A stretch of 64,000 nt of DNA from Felis catus (taxonomy: Eukaryota): assembly GCF_018350175.1 (NCBI RefSeq), contig NC_058368.1:31126001-31190000 (forward strand). The letters are read 5' to 3'. Every line of letters begins with the position of its first letter. Positions within the stretch are counted from its first letter, which is position 1. The position numbers were made by a program, and so were the translations under genes. The notes under the pieces were generated by a model. The model made no database searches, had not been told where the DNA came from, and worked only from the letters and a program-made list of their open reading frames with translations. Below are positions 1-11,897 of this stretch, piece by piece.

Positions 1-84
1 AATTCCCAGGCACTTTTGATTATTTATGCAGTCTCATATTTAGTACTGAAATAATGACTATGCCCACTTAAAACTGTCAGCACT

Positions 85-288
85 GGAGCACCTGCGTGGT
101 CAGTAGGTTGGGCATCTGACTTCAGCTTAGGTCATGATCTCACCGTTTGTGGTTTGGGCTCTGCATGGGGCTCTGTGCTGACAGCTCGGAGCCTGGAGCC
201 TGCTTCTGATTCTCTGTCTCCCTTTCTCTCTGTCCCTCTCTGCCCACATTCTGTCTCTTTCTCTCAAAAATAAATAAACATTTTTTTT
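85..288 (+). mobile_element. CAN-SINE (SINEC feliform type)
   Basis: GGAGCACCTGCGTGG..CAG head, GACAGCTCGGAGCCTGGAGCCTG body, (CT)-rich tract, AATAAA tail; degenerate TSD a(a/g)actgtcag.. at ~71-84 and 289-302. Confidence 0.95.
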
Positions 289-1530
289 AGACTGTCAGTC
301 CTGGTTCAGACTCACCCTCTCACCCCATGCAGACCAGTCTATGGTGGAGTGAGGAGTGCAGTCTGCTCTTTCATGCCCCCTACCCATTTTCTCTCTCATT
401 TACTATGAGGTGTGTTGGACTGGTTTGAGGGGAATAGGAAAAATAAGGCTTACATGAGTAATTCTTTCTCAACAGCTGTTTCTTTATGTAGACCAACAGC
501 CTTTGGGAGGGAGATGGCTCTCCTGTTTTGTTGGCCATCCCTGTTGACATAGCTCATTTTCAAAAGGTGTCCTGTGCATCACTGGAGGTCTTACCAGGCC
601 TTGCTGACATAGGACAGAATCCAGTCACCTTTATTTGTGGTCCCACTCTTCCATCAGCAACATTGAACTAAAGTCCTCCGATGGGATCACAAGAAACCCA
701 GAGCTCAAGTTTCATCTGCCTCATTCTCTTGTCTTTCACTGCCTCAGTCTCTCATCTTGGAAACCTTGAATTCCAAGGATTCCCTGCCTTCTCTCCTCTG
801 GTCTGACTGTAGACAATCTGTCTACAGTTCTCATTCCCATAGTCAGGCAGCATATGGACATAATGGTGTATGCTGACTGCACAGCAGAAATCCATTGGCA
901 AACAGAATTCTAAAACTTCCTCCTTCAGGGATTTGCAAATCTTCTGGCAGTTCTGTTAACAGTCCTTTACTAGTGTTTTTGAAAAACAGTAGAGTAACTT
1001 TCACAAACAATGCACTTTGCTCAAAGGCAACTTCTCACACCTGGTGCCTCTTATCTCTCTCTTTGGTAATGGCTTGCATCCCAGTTTGCCCATACAGCCC
1101 TGGGGTCTCACAAAGAAGTGAATTTCTTTCAATGCTGCCTTTTTGAATTTAGTTAACTCTTTCTGAACTGTTCAGTATCTTGCAGAGCAAGGTGTAGGGG
1201 GGTGATGCAGTGATTGGAAAGGTCTCCAATAGTTCTTCACTCTGTCTTATTACATAAGACACTGTTAGTGTCTTCACAGCATGTTCTGATGGGGAAGCCA
1301 CAGCATGTATACCCAGAGGGTTATAAATCAAATATGACAATGTACCAAAAAAGGAATAATTATTTATGAATGGGTAAGTAAGACAAGGCATCATTGAGAA
1401 AGGATATTTGAATGATGCACTCAAGAATGATGCACTTTACAGGATCGTAAAAAGTAGTTCCATAAGTTCATCTCTCCAGAAAAGGCTGTGACTCTTTAAA
1501 AATAGCATGCCAATCTTTATCTTTTCCCAC

Positions 1531-2083
1531 TATCAAAGCAAAACTTGCACTGGACAAATAGGCAAGGAAGACTTTATTGAAGACTATGATAATAAAGGAG
1601 GGAGATGAACTCAACTTTAGTGAAACCAAAATCAGGAGGGTTTTTAAGCACTGTGTTGGGGAAACATACTGGAGGACAGTGTGGGAACTTGATCAATGGG
1701 AGGTATCGAGCACATTGAGCTGTTCCTGTGTTTGCAAGTATTTTTCTCTGTGATTGGGCATCTGTGACTGCTAACTGGCACCCACCCTAAGTTAGCCTCC
1801 GATCTTAGACTTAGCCTAAAATGGGCTCCTGCCTCCCCACAGAGACAGAGCGATAGAGGTACTGTCTTCTTTGGGGCTTAGATTTTAAAAAGATGGTTTT
1901 CAGGGCATTGGGAAAAGCCTCTCTGTGTTGAAAAACCTGCAAGAGGCTGGGAGAAAGCTTATATGCTATCAAAAATGCAGAGAAAATTTACAGTTGCAAG
2001 TTTTCTGAAGTAAATGCTCCAGGGAAAGGGAAACCTGAATAAAGTGAGGCAAGGTAAGGGGAATGTTAAGATCATCTTTGTCA
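1531..2083 (-). mobile_element. Solo ERV1-class LTR (MER67/MER31-like)
   Basis: Minus strand starts TGACAAAGATGATCTTAACATTCCCC...GAGCATTTACTTCAGAAAACTTGCAACTGTAAATT and has AATAAAGTCTTCCTTGCC near its end; 4-bp near-TSD ccac/ccat; subfamily from memory. Confidence 0.7.
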
Positions 2084-2327
2084 CCATTGTTTGTGGAGAG
2101 AAAGATTGGATGTTGACAAATAAACTCTGAGGAGGAGAGGGGAGGAGACTGTAGTCACCAACTTTCCAAAAAGGAAAAAAAGAGAGACTATGGAGGTCCC
2201 TACACTTTTATGTTAAGGGCAAGGTCAAAGTAGTAGTCTTTTATATAGTTCATAGATCAGAAGTTTGTATATTTATTCAGATATATGGATAATGACTAGC
2301 TTTGAAATGGTTATGAATTCCAGTCAT

Positions 2328-2518
2328 AGAATCAGACTGATTATAGTTAAAATCCTGTTCTTGAAATTTATTTGCTGTGAAATCTGGAAAATGTAGTTAA
2401 TGTTTCTACTATGAATAGATAATTATACCTATCTCATGAGTATATTGAAAGAACTAAATGAAATGTGCTAAAGAACTTTTTCCATACAATGCTTGGCACT
2501 GGTAAATGCTCAATAAAG
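2328..2518 (+). mobile_element. MIR (ancient SINE), degenerate
   Basis: Similar to the MIR core and 3' end (TACCTATCTCATGAG...TAAATGA...TGCTTGGCAC..TAAATGCTCAATAAA). Confidence 0.7.
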
Positions 2519-3398
2519 GGCATGTACTTTATGAGTACCCAAATGTGGTATCAGCCCCTAATTGGGCTGTTGCCTACTATTTTTCTCATTTCTTCATCTC
2601 AAACCCAGCAAATAAGCACATTATGTTAAGTCCTGCTCTTGGGGGAAAGATATAGTAATCTCTTGGATCATATCATGCTAATTTAACTATTAGCATTTAT
2701 CATTATTATTCATTATACTTTACATGTAATCTATAAAATGATAGATTATCACAGGTGGAAATGATCTTAAATGGACTTACTCCAAAATATAAGAAGGTTT
2801 TTACTTCTTCTCTGGAACACTCTCATTCTTTTAGCCTTTAAAAAATATTATTTGAATAGTTATTTTCATCAAAGCTCTATATATCCTTATTACCTTATTA
2901 TTTGAATCTTTAGGGAAGCTGCATATTACATAGGCACTAAAGACTTTAGAAGGAAAAATCAGTAGAGCAAAGTCAAACTCATTGCTCAAAATAATCCCCA
3001 ACTTTCCTCAGGCCACCAGAAGAAGAAATTTTTCTTCATAATAACAAGAGTCCTGCTATTCTATGAACCATTTTTCCAAATGGAAAATTTTTTGGATTTC
3101 TAGCTTGCCTTAAATGCCAAGCTTCCTGCATGACTACTACTGATTGCCTCAGCAGGAAAGATGTCAAATAACCTCTCAGCCTAGAAAGTAAGGCCGTATG
3201 TAGCTCTTGGTCAATTACTGGAAACCAAGGTCGACTAAAATACCAGTACAAATATGATCTGGATATACTGCCTCAAATTATGTTTTCGTTTCATTAATTC
3301 TCATCGAACAAGGAAATAATTATTTTACAAATGCCTACTATGTTCTCAGTACTTTTTGATGTATTTTTATGATATCACCAAAGAGAATGGTTGATATT

Positions 3399-3759
3399 TA
3401 CTATAGATTGAATGTTTGCATCCCCATAAAATTCATATATTGAAATCCTAACCCTTAATGTATTAGGAGGTGGAACTTTTTTGGGGGGTGGGGAATGGTT
3501 AATATTAGGTCAGAGGGTGAAGACCTCAAATGGGGTTAGTTCTCTTATAAAAGAGATGTCAGAGAGCTCCCTTATCCCTTCTGCACTATGAGAACACAGG
3601 AAAAGATGGCCATTTATGATTCAGGATACAAGCCCTCACTAGACACCAAATCTGCTGGTGCCTCAATCTTGAACTTCCTAGCCTCCAGAACTATGAGAAA
3701 TGTTGTTTATAATCCACCCAATGGTATTTTTGCTACAGCAGGCCAAAAGGACTATGACA
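3399..3759 (+). mobile_element. MaLR solo LTR, MLT1A-like
   Basis: TACTATAGATTGAATGTTTG start, CACCAAATCTGCTGGTGCCT..CTAGCCTCCAGAACT, end GACTATGACA; 5-bp TSD ATATT (3394-3398, 3760-3764). Confidence 0.9.
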
Positions 3760-4190
3760 ATATTATTGTCACCATTTTTAAAGATGTGGAAAGACATTCT
3801 CAGGATTAATGTGAGATGGGAGTGTATTTGCATCCAAACCTCTTAAAGTTTCCAACAAGTGTTAAGGTAGGAAGACAAAACAGAAAATAGATGGGTAAAT
3901 CCACTACTGAGGGAAGGATTACTTTTGAAAAAGAGGAGAAACAGCATGAATATGAGTAATACATGTCAAAGAAAATTGAGAGAATCTGCGAAGGAAGAAT
4001 TGTCATCCCTTCCTTATAAAGAAAAAGCCCATTTATTGATATTCAGGGAAGATTCAGACCTTTGTTTAATGCTTTTGGGATTTAAAATAATTTTATCAGA
4101 TGTTCCTCCTCTGTAATTCAAAAACAAAAAAAAATCACTCTCAAAATTTTTAAAGAGACATTTAGTAAAATCTCAATTAAAAATAAAGAA

Positions 4191-4399
4191 GTGGCGCCTG
4201 GGTGGCTCAGTTGGATAAGCATACGACTTCGGCTCAGGTCGTGATCTCACGGTTCATGGGTTTGAGCCCTGCGTTGGGCTCTGTGCTGGCAGCTCAGAGC
4301 CTGGATCCTGCTTCCAATTCTGTGTATCCCTCTCTGTCTCTCTGTCCCTCTCCTGCTCACACTCTGTCTCTCTCTCTCAGAAATAAATAAACATTACAA

Positions 4400-4444
<45 letters not shown>
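4191..4444 (+). mobile_element. CAN-SINE with (AAT)n tail
   Basis: GGCGCCTGGGTGGCTCAG head; tail converted to (AAT)n at ~4400-4444. Confidence 0.95.
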
Positions 4445-4446
<2 letters not shown>

Positions 4447-4455
4447 AGAAGAAGA

Positions 4456-4742
4456 GGGGACGCCTGGGTGGCTCGTCAGTTAAGTATCCAACCCTTGATT
4501 TCAGCTCAGGTCATGATCTCACTATTGTGAGATGGAGCCCCACTTGGGCTCCATGCTGGGTGTGGAACCTGCTTAAGATTCTCTCTCTTTGTCTCCCTCT
4601 CCCTCTGCCCCTCCCCTGCTCTCTCTCTCTGACATGTGCACACATGCAATCTCTCTCAAAAGAAGAAGAAGAAGAAGAAGAAGAAGAAGAAGAAGAAGAA
4701 GAAGAAGAAGAAGAAGAAGAAGAAGAAGAAGAAGAAGAAGAA
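4456..4742 (+). mobile_element. CAN-SINE (older type) with (GAA)27 tail
   Basis: GGGGACGCCTGGGTGGCTC head, CCTGCTTAAGATTCTCTC body, pure GAA run 4662-4742. Confidence 0.95.
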
Positions 4743-5873
4743 AAGAAGTGGATATGTAGGCAGGAAGTAAATATTCCAACTTACTACTACTAACTAATCA
4801 AAAGCATAGTGGCTCCCTAAAAGTTAAAAAAGTAAATACATAAAACACTACCAACTACTTTAGATAAAAAAAAAGGCAAAGAATCACAATAATTAATTTG
4901 ATTAAGTATCTAGCTCCGGAGATATTGACAAATGTATTTTTTCTTCTGATAGAATTAAATACGAAAACTAAAATACTTGCTATTGATAAACTTTTTACAA
5001 TTCAAAATCTGAACCCAAGTAAGGTGTGAAAGACTTGATACATACAAATCACCAGAGTGAAAAAATCTCAGAGCATTGAAACCTTTAAATGATTTCCTTT
5101 ACAGTTCATAAAAATATGCCACAGGTAGCCATCCGGTCTAGAAGAAGTTCCAACAAGGAGAAACATGTTCACGAAACTTGTCATGAACAAGAAACCTTGC
5201 AGCTGTGAGACTTGCAAAGAGAGAATTACGATAATGCAGACTGCTGGCAATTTAGCTTAGCCAAAATCACTGAAAATTTATACATGATATTAAAATTCTG
5301 ATGACTTGTTCTTGTGTCAGAAATGACAATGACAAGGGGAAATAAAGAAACCATTGTCATGACAAAAACCATAGGACCACACAAAATGGTCACATATGCC
5401 ATCAAAATGAAGACAGTATGAGCTTATATTCCTGAAATGTTTTCTTCACACTCTAGCTAAAAGTAGTTAAAAATATGATTCTACTATATGTAAAATAGCT
5501 TTTTTTCTATCTTCATTTAGAGAAAAATCTTCTCTTTCTAGGCAAAGATTCTCCTTGTAGGAAACTGTACAACTTCATGAAGCTTTAATCTCAACAGTCA
5601 CTTTAATGGCTGAATTTAAAGTTCACAGTAACTTATTCTTTTATGTTTAGTCATCTGACCTGGATACAACTATTACTTTATTTATTGACTCACATGTGAC
5701 TGAGAGAGATCAATACTGGAAAACTCAATCACAAAAACACTGGTAATAGTGCTTTTTCTGATATAAGAAGGATTATAGAATTAAAAAAAAAGAATCAAAA
5801 AAGGGAAAAAAGTACCCTCTCTTAATTCTCTAGATTCGTATTAATGCTATACTTAATACTATATTAAATTTGT

Positions 5874-6082
5874 GGGGTGCCTGGGTGGTTCATTCAGTTA
5901 AGCATCTGACTCTTGATTTCAGCTCAGGTCAAGATCTCATGGTCATGGGATCAAACCTCACATGGGATCAAACTCCATGCTGGGCCTGGAGTCTGCTTAA
6001 GATTCTCTCTCTCTCCTTCTGCCCGTCCTCTTGCTGTCTCTCTCAAAAACAAAAAATGAAAATTAATTTTCAATAAATAAAT
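5874..6082 (+). mobile_element. CAN-SINE (older type)
   Basis: GGGGTGCCTGGGTGGTTCATTCAGTTAAGCATCTGACTCTTGATTTCAGCTCAGGTC head; A-rich tail. Confidence 0.9.
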
Positions 6083-6249
6083 AGTTTTTACTAAGATTTT
6101 CTTGCTTTGGTGGTAATATGATGTTTCATATTTATACCTTACAATGTTGCTTAATTTAGAGATTTATAATTAATATTGGCAACCTTTGATTTAGTGTCAT
6201 CATGATCACAACCTGGTTTGAGTGCAAATTAGCAAACTTTAACAGGAGT

Positions 6250-6720
6250 CCAGTTGGAATACATACCAAAATGGATGCAAAAACTCTACTTGTAAGAATA
6301 TATCCTACATATATATTCACCTGTTTTTAAAATTTCATATGTACATTGACTATTCATTGAATCATTATTTCTAAGGCAAAATATTGGAAACTATCTACAT
6401 ACGTGTAAATAGAGGATGGGTTTAAATTAATTATGGTATAATTACGAAATGGAAAATTATGTAGTCATAGAAAATAATGAGGTTGTTTATTAATGTGCTA
6501 ATATGGTCGGATCTCTAGATATTACTGCTGCAATATGGAAAGGTCTCTAGGTATTATTACTGTTGATTAGAATAAGCACCAAACATTTCATAGAAAGTTA
6601 TGTAAAAGAGGAAGATACGTACAAGTATCTGAGAAAGCACATCAGAAAACAAGATTACTTATTTTCAGAGGATGTAGATAAATGAGGAAACAGTAGGAGG
6701 AATAATTTTCAATTAATGCC
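6250..6720 (+). mobile_element. Ancient L1 (L1M) 3' fragment
   Basis: Degenerate L1 3'-end motifs (TATTCATTGAATCATTATTT..AAAATATTGGAAAC..AAATAGAGGATGG..AATTATGGTATA). Confidence 0.65.
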
Positions 6721-6757
6721 CTTAAAGATTTTAAAAATTTTCCATTATATCAATTAT

Positions 6758-7424
6758 TACTGGGCAAGACTGAGTTAACTCGATATTCTGCACATTTCCA
6801 AGAAATGTTTGTCTTCAGGACTGGCCTCTGTTAGACTCGTGGGATATAATCTCTTAGACCTTGATCTATTCTGCTTGAGAAGAATGATTTTATATGTCTG
6901 ATGCCTTCCTTAGGTCACACTATATTGATGGGAAATATCTGTTTTTGTATCCCTGAGACACTGAGTCACGCCCTACCAACTTGACCAGATAAGGTATCCT
7001 AACAGTGTGATTTATGGTGAACACCTGTTTTATGTCTGGGGAAGTGGAGTGTGGTAAGACTGGAATCTGAGTAGCTAGGGTCAGTCATGCAGGTACTACA
7101 TGCCTAGGTGGCTGATCCCTAATACAAAACTGGACACCAAGGCCCGAGTGAACTTCTGTGGTTGGCAACACTTCATATATATGTCATATTGTCATATGTG
7201 TCCAGTCTCATGTTTTTGCTGGGAGAACTTAGCAAGTACTCCTGTGACTCTGCTGGGAGGGCACCACTGAACTCTTGTGCATGGACTTGACTTTCCCTTT
7301 GGTGATTTTAAACTGTATCCTTTCCCTGTAATGTACTATAACCATGAGTACAACAGTTTTTCTGAGTCCTAGGAATCCTCATAGCAAATCAGCTAATCTT
7401 ACAATGGTATTGGGAACCCTGACA
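6758..7424 (+). mobile_element. Solo LTR, MER21-like (ERVL group)
   Basis: 3' end CTGTATCCTTTCCCTGTAAT..AACCATGAGTACAACAG..TTCTGAGTCCT..GGTATTGGGAACCCTGACA resembles MER21-type LTR ends; 5' boundary approximate. Confidence 0.7.
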
Positions 7425-8033
7425 TGGTTGCATATTCCCAAAGTCAACCTAAAACATTTTAAAGTTTAAATTGCCTCTCCTGGAGTCCAATTGATCAGTA
7501 AGTAAAGAGTTTATTGAACTCCTACTTTTAGTTCTATGCTAGACATTGTGAGCAATCTTAGTATTAGGCCCTCATCAAGTTTATCAGCTAATTGAGAGAA
7601 GACAGTGAAATTATTAATTTACAACACAAGGGGTTGTAATTATTTCATATATACAGTGGATCAGAGGCTCCTAGCTCCTGGAGTTTGAAGATTATTGTTG
7701 TTATTACCTAAAATTTCAAGCATTACACGAGAAGAATTCTCAGGCTTAGAGAGATTAGGTGACACTCAGCTAGGAAGAGCCAGACTCAACATATGAACCC
7801 CTACCTTTTTTGAATGTGAAGATCACATTTCCTCCTATGGTTTTAAAGTGCCCTATGAAGCTAAATAGTCTCTATGATAAGATTTTATGACATATCACAT
7901 TGAAAAGATTGCAAATAAATAGCAATAAACTTATGTTTGAAGTTTCACAAAAATAAAATGTTGCTGAAAATGCATCTGGTCCTAATAAGAATTTTCAGTA
8001 ATGCTATATTATCTTTAAATGTAAATTAATTGT

Positions 8034-8235
8034 GGGGCACCTGAGTGCCTCAGCTGGTTAAGCATCCGACTTCAGCTCAGGTCACGATTTCACGGTTTGT
8101 GGGTTCAGGCCCTGCATTGGGCTCTGTGCTGACAGCTCAGAGCCTGGAGCCTGCTTGGGATTCTGTGTCTCCTCTCTCTCTGCCCCTCTCCCACTTGCAC
8201 TCTGCCCCCCCCCCAAAATAAATATGTAAAAAAAT
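8034..8235 (+). mobile_element. CAN-SINE (SINEC_Fc type)
   Basis: Typical head and body; perfect 16-bp TSD AATGTAAATTAATTGT (8018-8033, 8236-8251). Confidence 0.97.
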
Positions 8236-9924
8236 AATGTAAATTAATTGTAAAGGAAGGAACAGATACAACAGTAGACTTTAAGTAGTACGAAAATATA
8301 TGCATATAAAACTAATGTTGCACAAAAATTAATATATATTTGATTTGTGTTTTACAAACAAAAGAATATGAAACAACTGTAGCATTCTCTAATTTCAACT
8401 GAAAATAAGTAAAGGATTCCAGATACATACTTCTCAGATTTTGATTCCTGTCCCTGAAATATCTATTTGTACTTTGAATTATTGCTATGTGTCACAAGTA
8501 ATCATCCAAACGGTAAAAAGTTGTCAAATTGCATTAATAGATAGTGCATATATGGCAACATCATAGTTATTAACCTAGGTATTAATTTCCAAGCAATTTC
8601 TTCAAACCTCTTAGATGGAGGCAAAATGTAGCTTTTTTGATGACCCCCGTCAACGCATTGTTATTGAGGAATCCAACAGAAATTTAGATTACTAACTAAA
8701 TTAAACACATTAAAAGCTTATCTGAAACTCCAAATTATAGCCTTTCAAGACTCAAAAAGTCAGAAACACAGACAGCTATATTTAACTGATTTAAAAGAAA
8801 AAAAAAACAACACAGCTGGAAATTTATCATAAGACACAATGCCTATAATACAGAACTGCATGTAGTTTTTACTAATGTCTCTATCCAAGCATTCTGAGCA
8901 AGTTAAAGCTGAAAGACAACACACATTTCTTTTAGGACATTACCATATTAAAAGTAAGGTGGCTCTTATTTTTAATTGGGAAGAATGAAGAACTGTTTGA
9001 ATCTTGCCATCATTTTTAAGCAATAAGCAAATATTACCCCCAATGGCCAGAGGTAAAGATTCTCTGAAGAGGAGATTAGTCAAACATGCTTCTTAGGAAA
9101 AAAAAGAAAAAAAAATGGTACTGAGGAAAATGATAAGACAACACTCTCTGAGCCATCAACATTTTCCTGAAAGATCGACCACAAATTTAGGATTACAAAT
9201 CTAGGAAATCAAGGCTGTGGTACTAAAATGATGTCACATGCTGGGATTTTACATACACTGGGTAGGACCTCTGGAAGTTTGCTGTGGAGGCTGGGTTAAT
9301 GTGTGATTATAGCCTGCCTTGAAACTTTTAGGAAAAAAATTAGCATTAATAAGGCAGGAAATATTCCTTAATCTTCCATTTAATTTCATTGGCATTTAAA
9401 CAACAAGGAAAGATGTGGATATTTTGGAAGAATAGAACAATTCAGTGGCTTCAGTGATGTGTACTCAGCATGAAGAAGGATCAAATGATGGCGTAAGAAT
9501 AACACTTATTCTTAAGAGAATCCAAAATTGGTTTAAAAAAGGAGTTTATTGATATATTTATCGTAATAGTTTTTGTCCTTTTTGTCATTTTTCTACAAAA
9601 TTTAAGACATGACACTTTTAGTTAGAATAAAGAGAAACACTTTCTCTGACTTCTTCGTAGCTGTTTTAATTGAGAAAACAAAACATTTTATTAAGTGTGT
9701 ATCAGATTCCAGCAATACTTTTCCCCCCTCAGGACATCAAAAATAAATTGGATGTCCTTTAAAAGCCCTTTTAAGTATACGATAAAGGATTTGTATCTAA
9801 AAGTTTTAGGAGTAGTCATAAAAATGTATAGCATATTTGGTCTGTGAAGTTGGATTCAAATATCAACTAAGGAGAAATTAAATTTGAGAACTAAGAAAGG
9901 GAACAGTGATGCTACACTTGGAAT

Positions 9925-10690
9925 TGGCAACCACCAGTTTATTCTTGGTATTTATGGGTCCATTTCTGCTTTTTCTTTGTTCACTTGTTTTATTTTGTTT
10001 TAGATTTCATGTACAGATCAAATCATACGGTATCTATCTCATACTTTCTCTATGGTATATTACTTTCTCTATAAGTCATTCCATGCTGCTGCAAATGGTA
10101 AAATCTCATTCTTTTTTATGTCTTGAGTAATATTACATCGTGTGTGTGTATATATATAGATAGATATAGATATAGATATAGATATAGATATAGATATAGA
10201 TATAGATAGATATTTCTTTATCCATTCATCTGTCAGTTCACATTTAGATGGCTTCAATATCTTGGCTCTTATAAATAATGCTGTAATAAACATAGGGGTG
10301 CATGTATTGTTTTGAATTAGTGTTTTCCTTTTCTTTAGGAAAATGCCCAGCAGTGGAATAAGTGGATCACATGGTCATTATATTTTTTTTTATTTTTTTG
10401 AGGAATTTCCATACTGTTTTCCAAAGTGGTTGTACCAATTTACATTGCCCCCTGACAGTACATGAGAGTTTCTTTTTCTCCATATCTTCCCTAACACTTG
10501 TTATTTCTGGTCTTTTTGATACTAACCATTCTGGCAGGTGTGAGACAGTATCTTATTGTGGTTTTGGTTTGCATTTCCTTGCTGATTAGTGATGTTAAAC
10601 ATCTTTCAATGTGTCTATTGGCCATTTGTCTGTGATTTTTGCAGAAATGTCTATTCAGGTCCTTGGACCATTTTTAACTCAGATTATTTA
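9925..10690 (-). mobile_element. L1 3' fragment (ORF2 C-terminus and 3'UTR) containing a (GATATA)n microsatellite
   Basis: Minus-strand translation MFITALFIRAK..KKNEILPFAA matches the L1 3' end; (GATATA)n at ~10159-10212. Confidence 0.9.
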
Positions 10691-11336
10691 CTCTTGGTGT
10701 TCATTCAGTTTTTATTACATAGATACATTTATTTATTTAATTTATTTATTTGACAGCTTCGCTATATTATACTCCATGAAACAGCTCTTGCTCATTATTC
10801 ATGTTTGTTGCCCGAACCTGAAGTCACTAGAAGGACTTAAAAAATATGTGTTGAATTAGTAAATATGAGTTGAATGCAGAATACAGTCAGTTAAGATTCC
10901 TTTAAGAGGTTATTATCTGACTAAGAATGGCTTTTGATTCCTGATTTACAAGCAATAATTTTTTTTAAATTGTTGCAACACAGACATTCAAACAAAGAAA
11001 GACTAGTGTGTGTGTGTGTATGTATGTATGTATGTATGCATGTATGTATGTATTTTCAGTATGATAAATGTAATCTTTACTCCTCACCCCTATTTCACCC
11101 CACCCACCTCCCCTATGGTAACCAGCAGTTTGTTCTCTATAGTTAAAAGTTTCCTGGTTTGTATCCTTTTTTTTCTCTTTGCTCCTTTGTTTTGTTTCTT
11201 AAATTCCACATATAAGTGAGATCATATGGTATTGGTCTTTCTCTGACTGACTGATTTTGCTTAGCATTATACTCTCCAGCTGTATCCATGTTGTTGCAAA
11301 TGGCAAGATTTCGTTATTTTTATGGCTGAATAATAT

Positions 11337-11374
<38 letters not shown>

Positions 11375-11460
11375 TACCACCTCTTTATCCATTCATTCTT
11401 CAGTGGACACTTGGCCTACTTCCATAGTTTGGCTATTGTAGATAATGCTGCAATAAACAT

Positions 11461-11683
11461 CCAAGTAATTCATATATTGCATACTTTTGTACTGCGCTCA
11501 CCTAGTATGTCCTCATTTATTCCACTAATTCATAACTTTGACTCATAATTGTACATTGCGTGTTCCCAAGTACTATGTATAATCGTGCATCACTGATCTT
11601 TCTCATGAATATTAAGCATGTACATATATCTATTGATGTTACATAAGACATACTATGTATAATCATGTATTACTGATCTTCCC
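11461..11683 (+). other. NUMT: nuclear copy of the mitochondrial control region (5'/ETAS domain with 80-bp RS2-type repeat)
   Basis: TAATTCATATATTGCA..TACTGCGCTCACCTAGTATGTCCTCATT and TACTATGTATAATCGTGCAT..CATGAATATTAAGCATGTACA..TTACATAAGACATACTATGTATAATC match felid/carnivore D-loop motifs as I recall them; exact 80-nt period (11571 vs 11651); interrupts colinear L1 sequence. Confidence 0.9.
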
Positions 11684-11690
11684 TCTAGTG

Positions 11691-11897
11691 TTTTTTTTAA
11701 AGTTTTTAAATTTATTTTGAGAGAAAAAGAGTGTGAGTGCGCAGGCAAGGGGCAGAGAGAGAGGGAGAGAGAGAATCCAAAGGCGGCTCCACTCAGTGCA
11801 GAGCCCAATGCAGGGCTCAAGTCCATGATTGTGAGATCATAACCTGAGCAGATAGCAAGAGTTGGACTCTTAACTGACTGAGCCACCCAGGAGACCC
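11691..11897 (-). mobile_element. CAN-SINE nested in L1, abutting the NUMT
   Basis: Reverse-complement SINE: T-rich tail, (GA) tract, ends CTGAGCCACCCAGGAGACCC. Confidence 0.95.

Noticed and set aside
4443..4793. 116-aa ORF with poly-Glu (poly-Leu on the opposite strand)
   Set aside because: It is the translation of a SINE plus its (GAA)n tail, not a gene
11571..11683. 80-bp repeat read as a CRISPR-like array or nuclear minisatellite
   Set aside because: No spacers, only 1.4 units, eukaryotic context; explained by the mitochondrial control-region repeat
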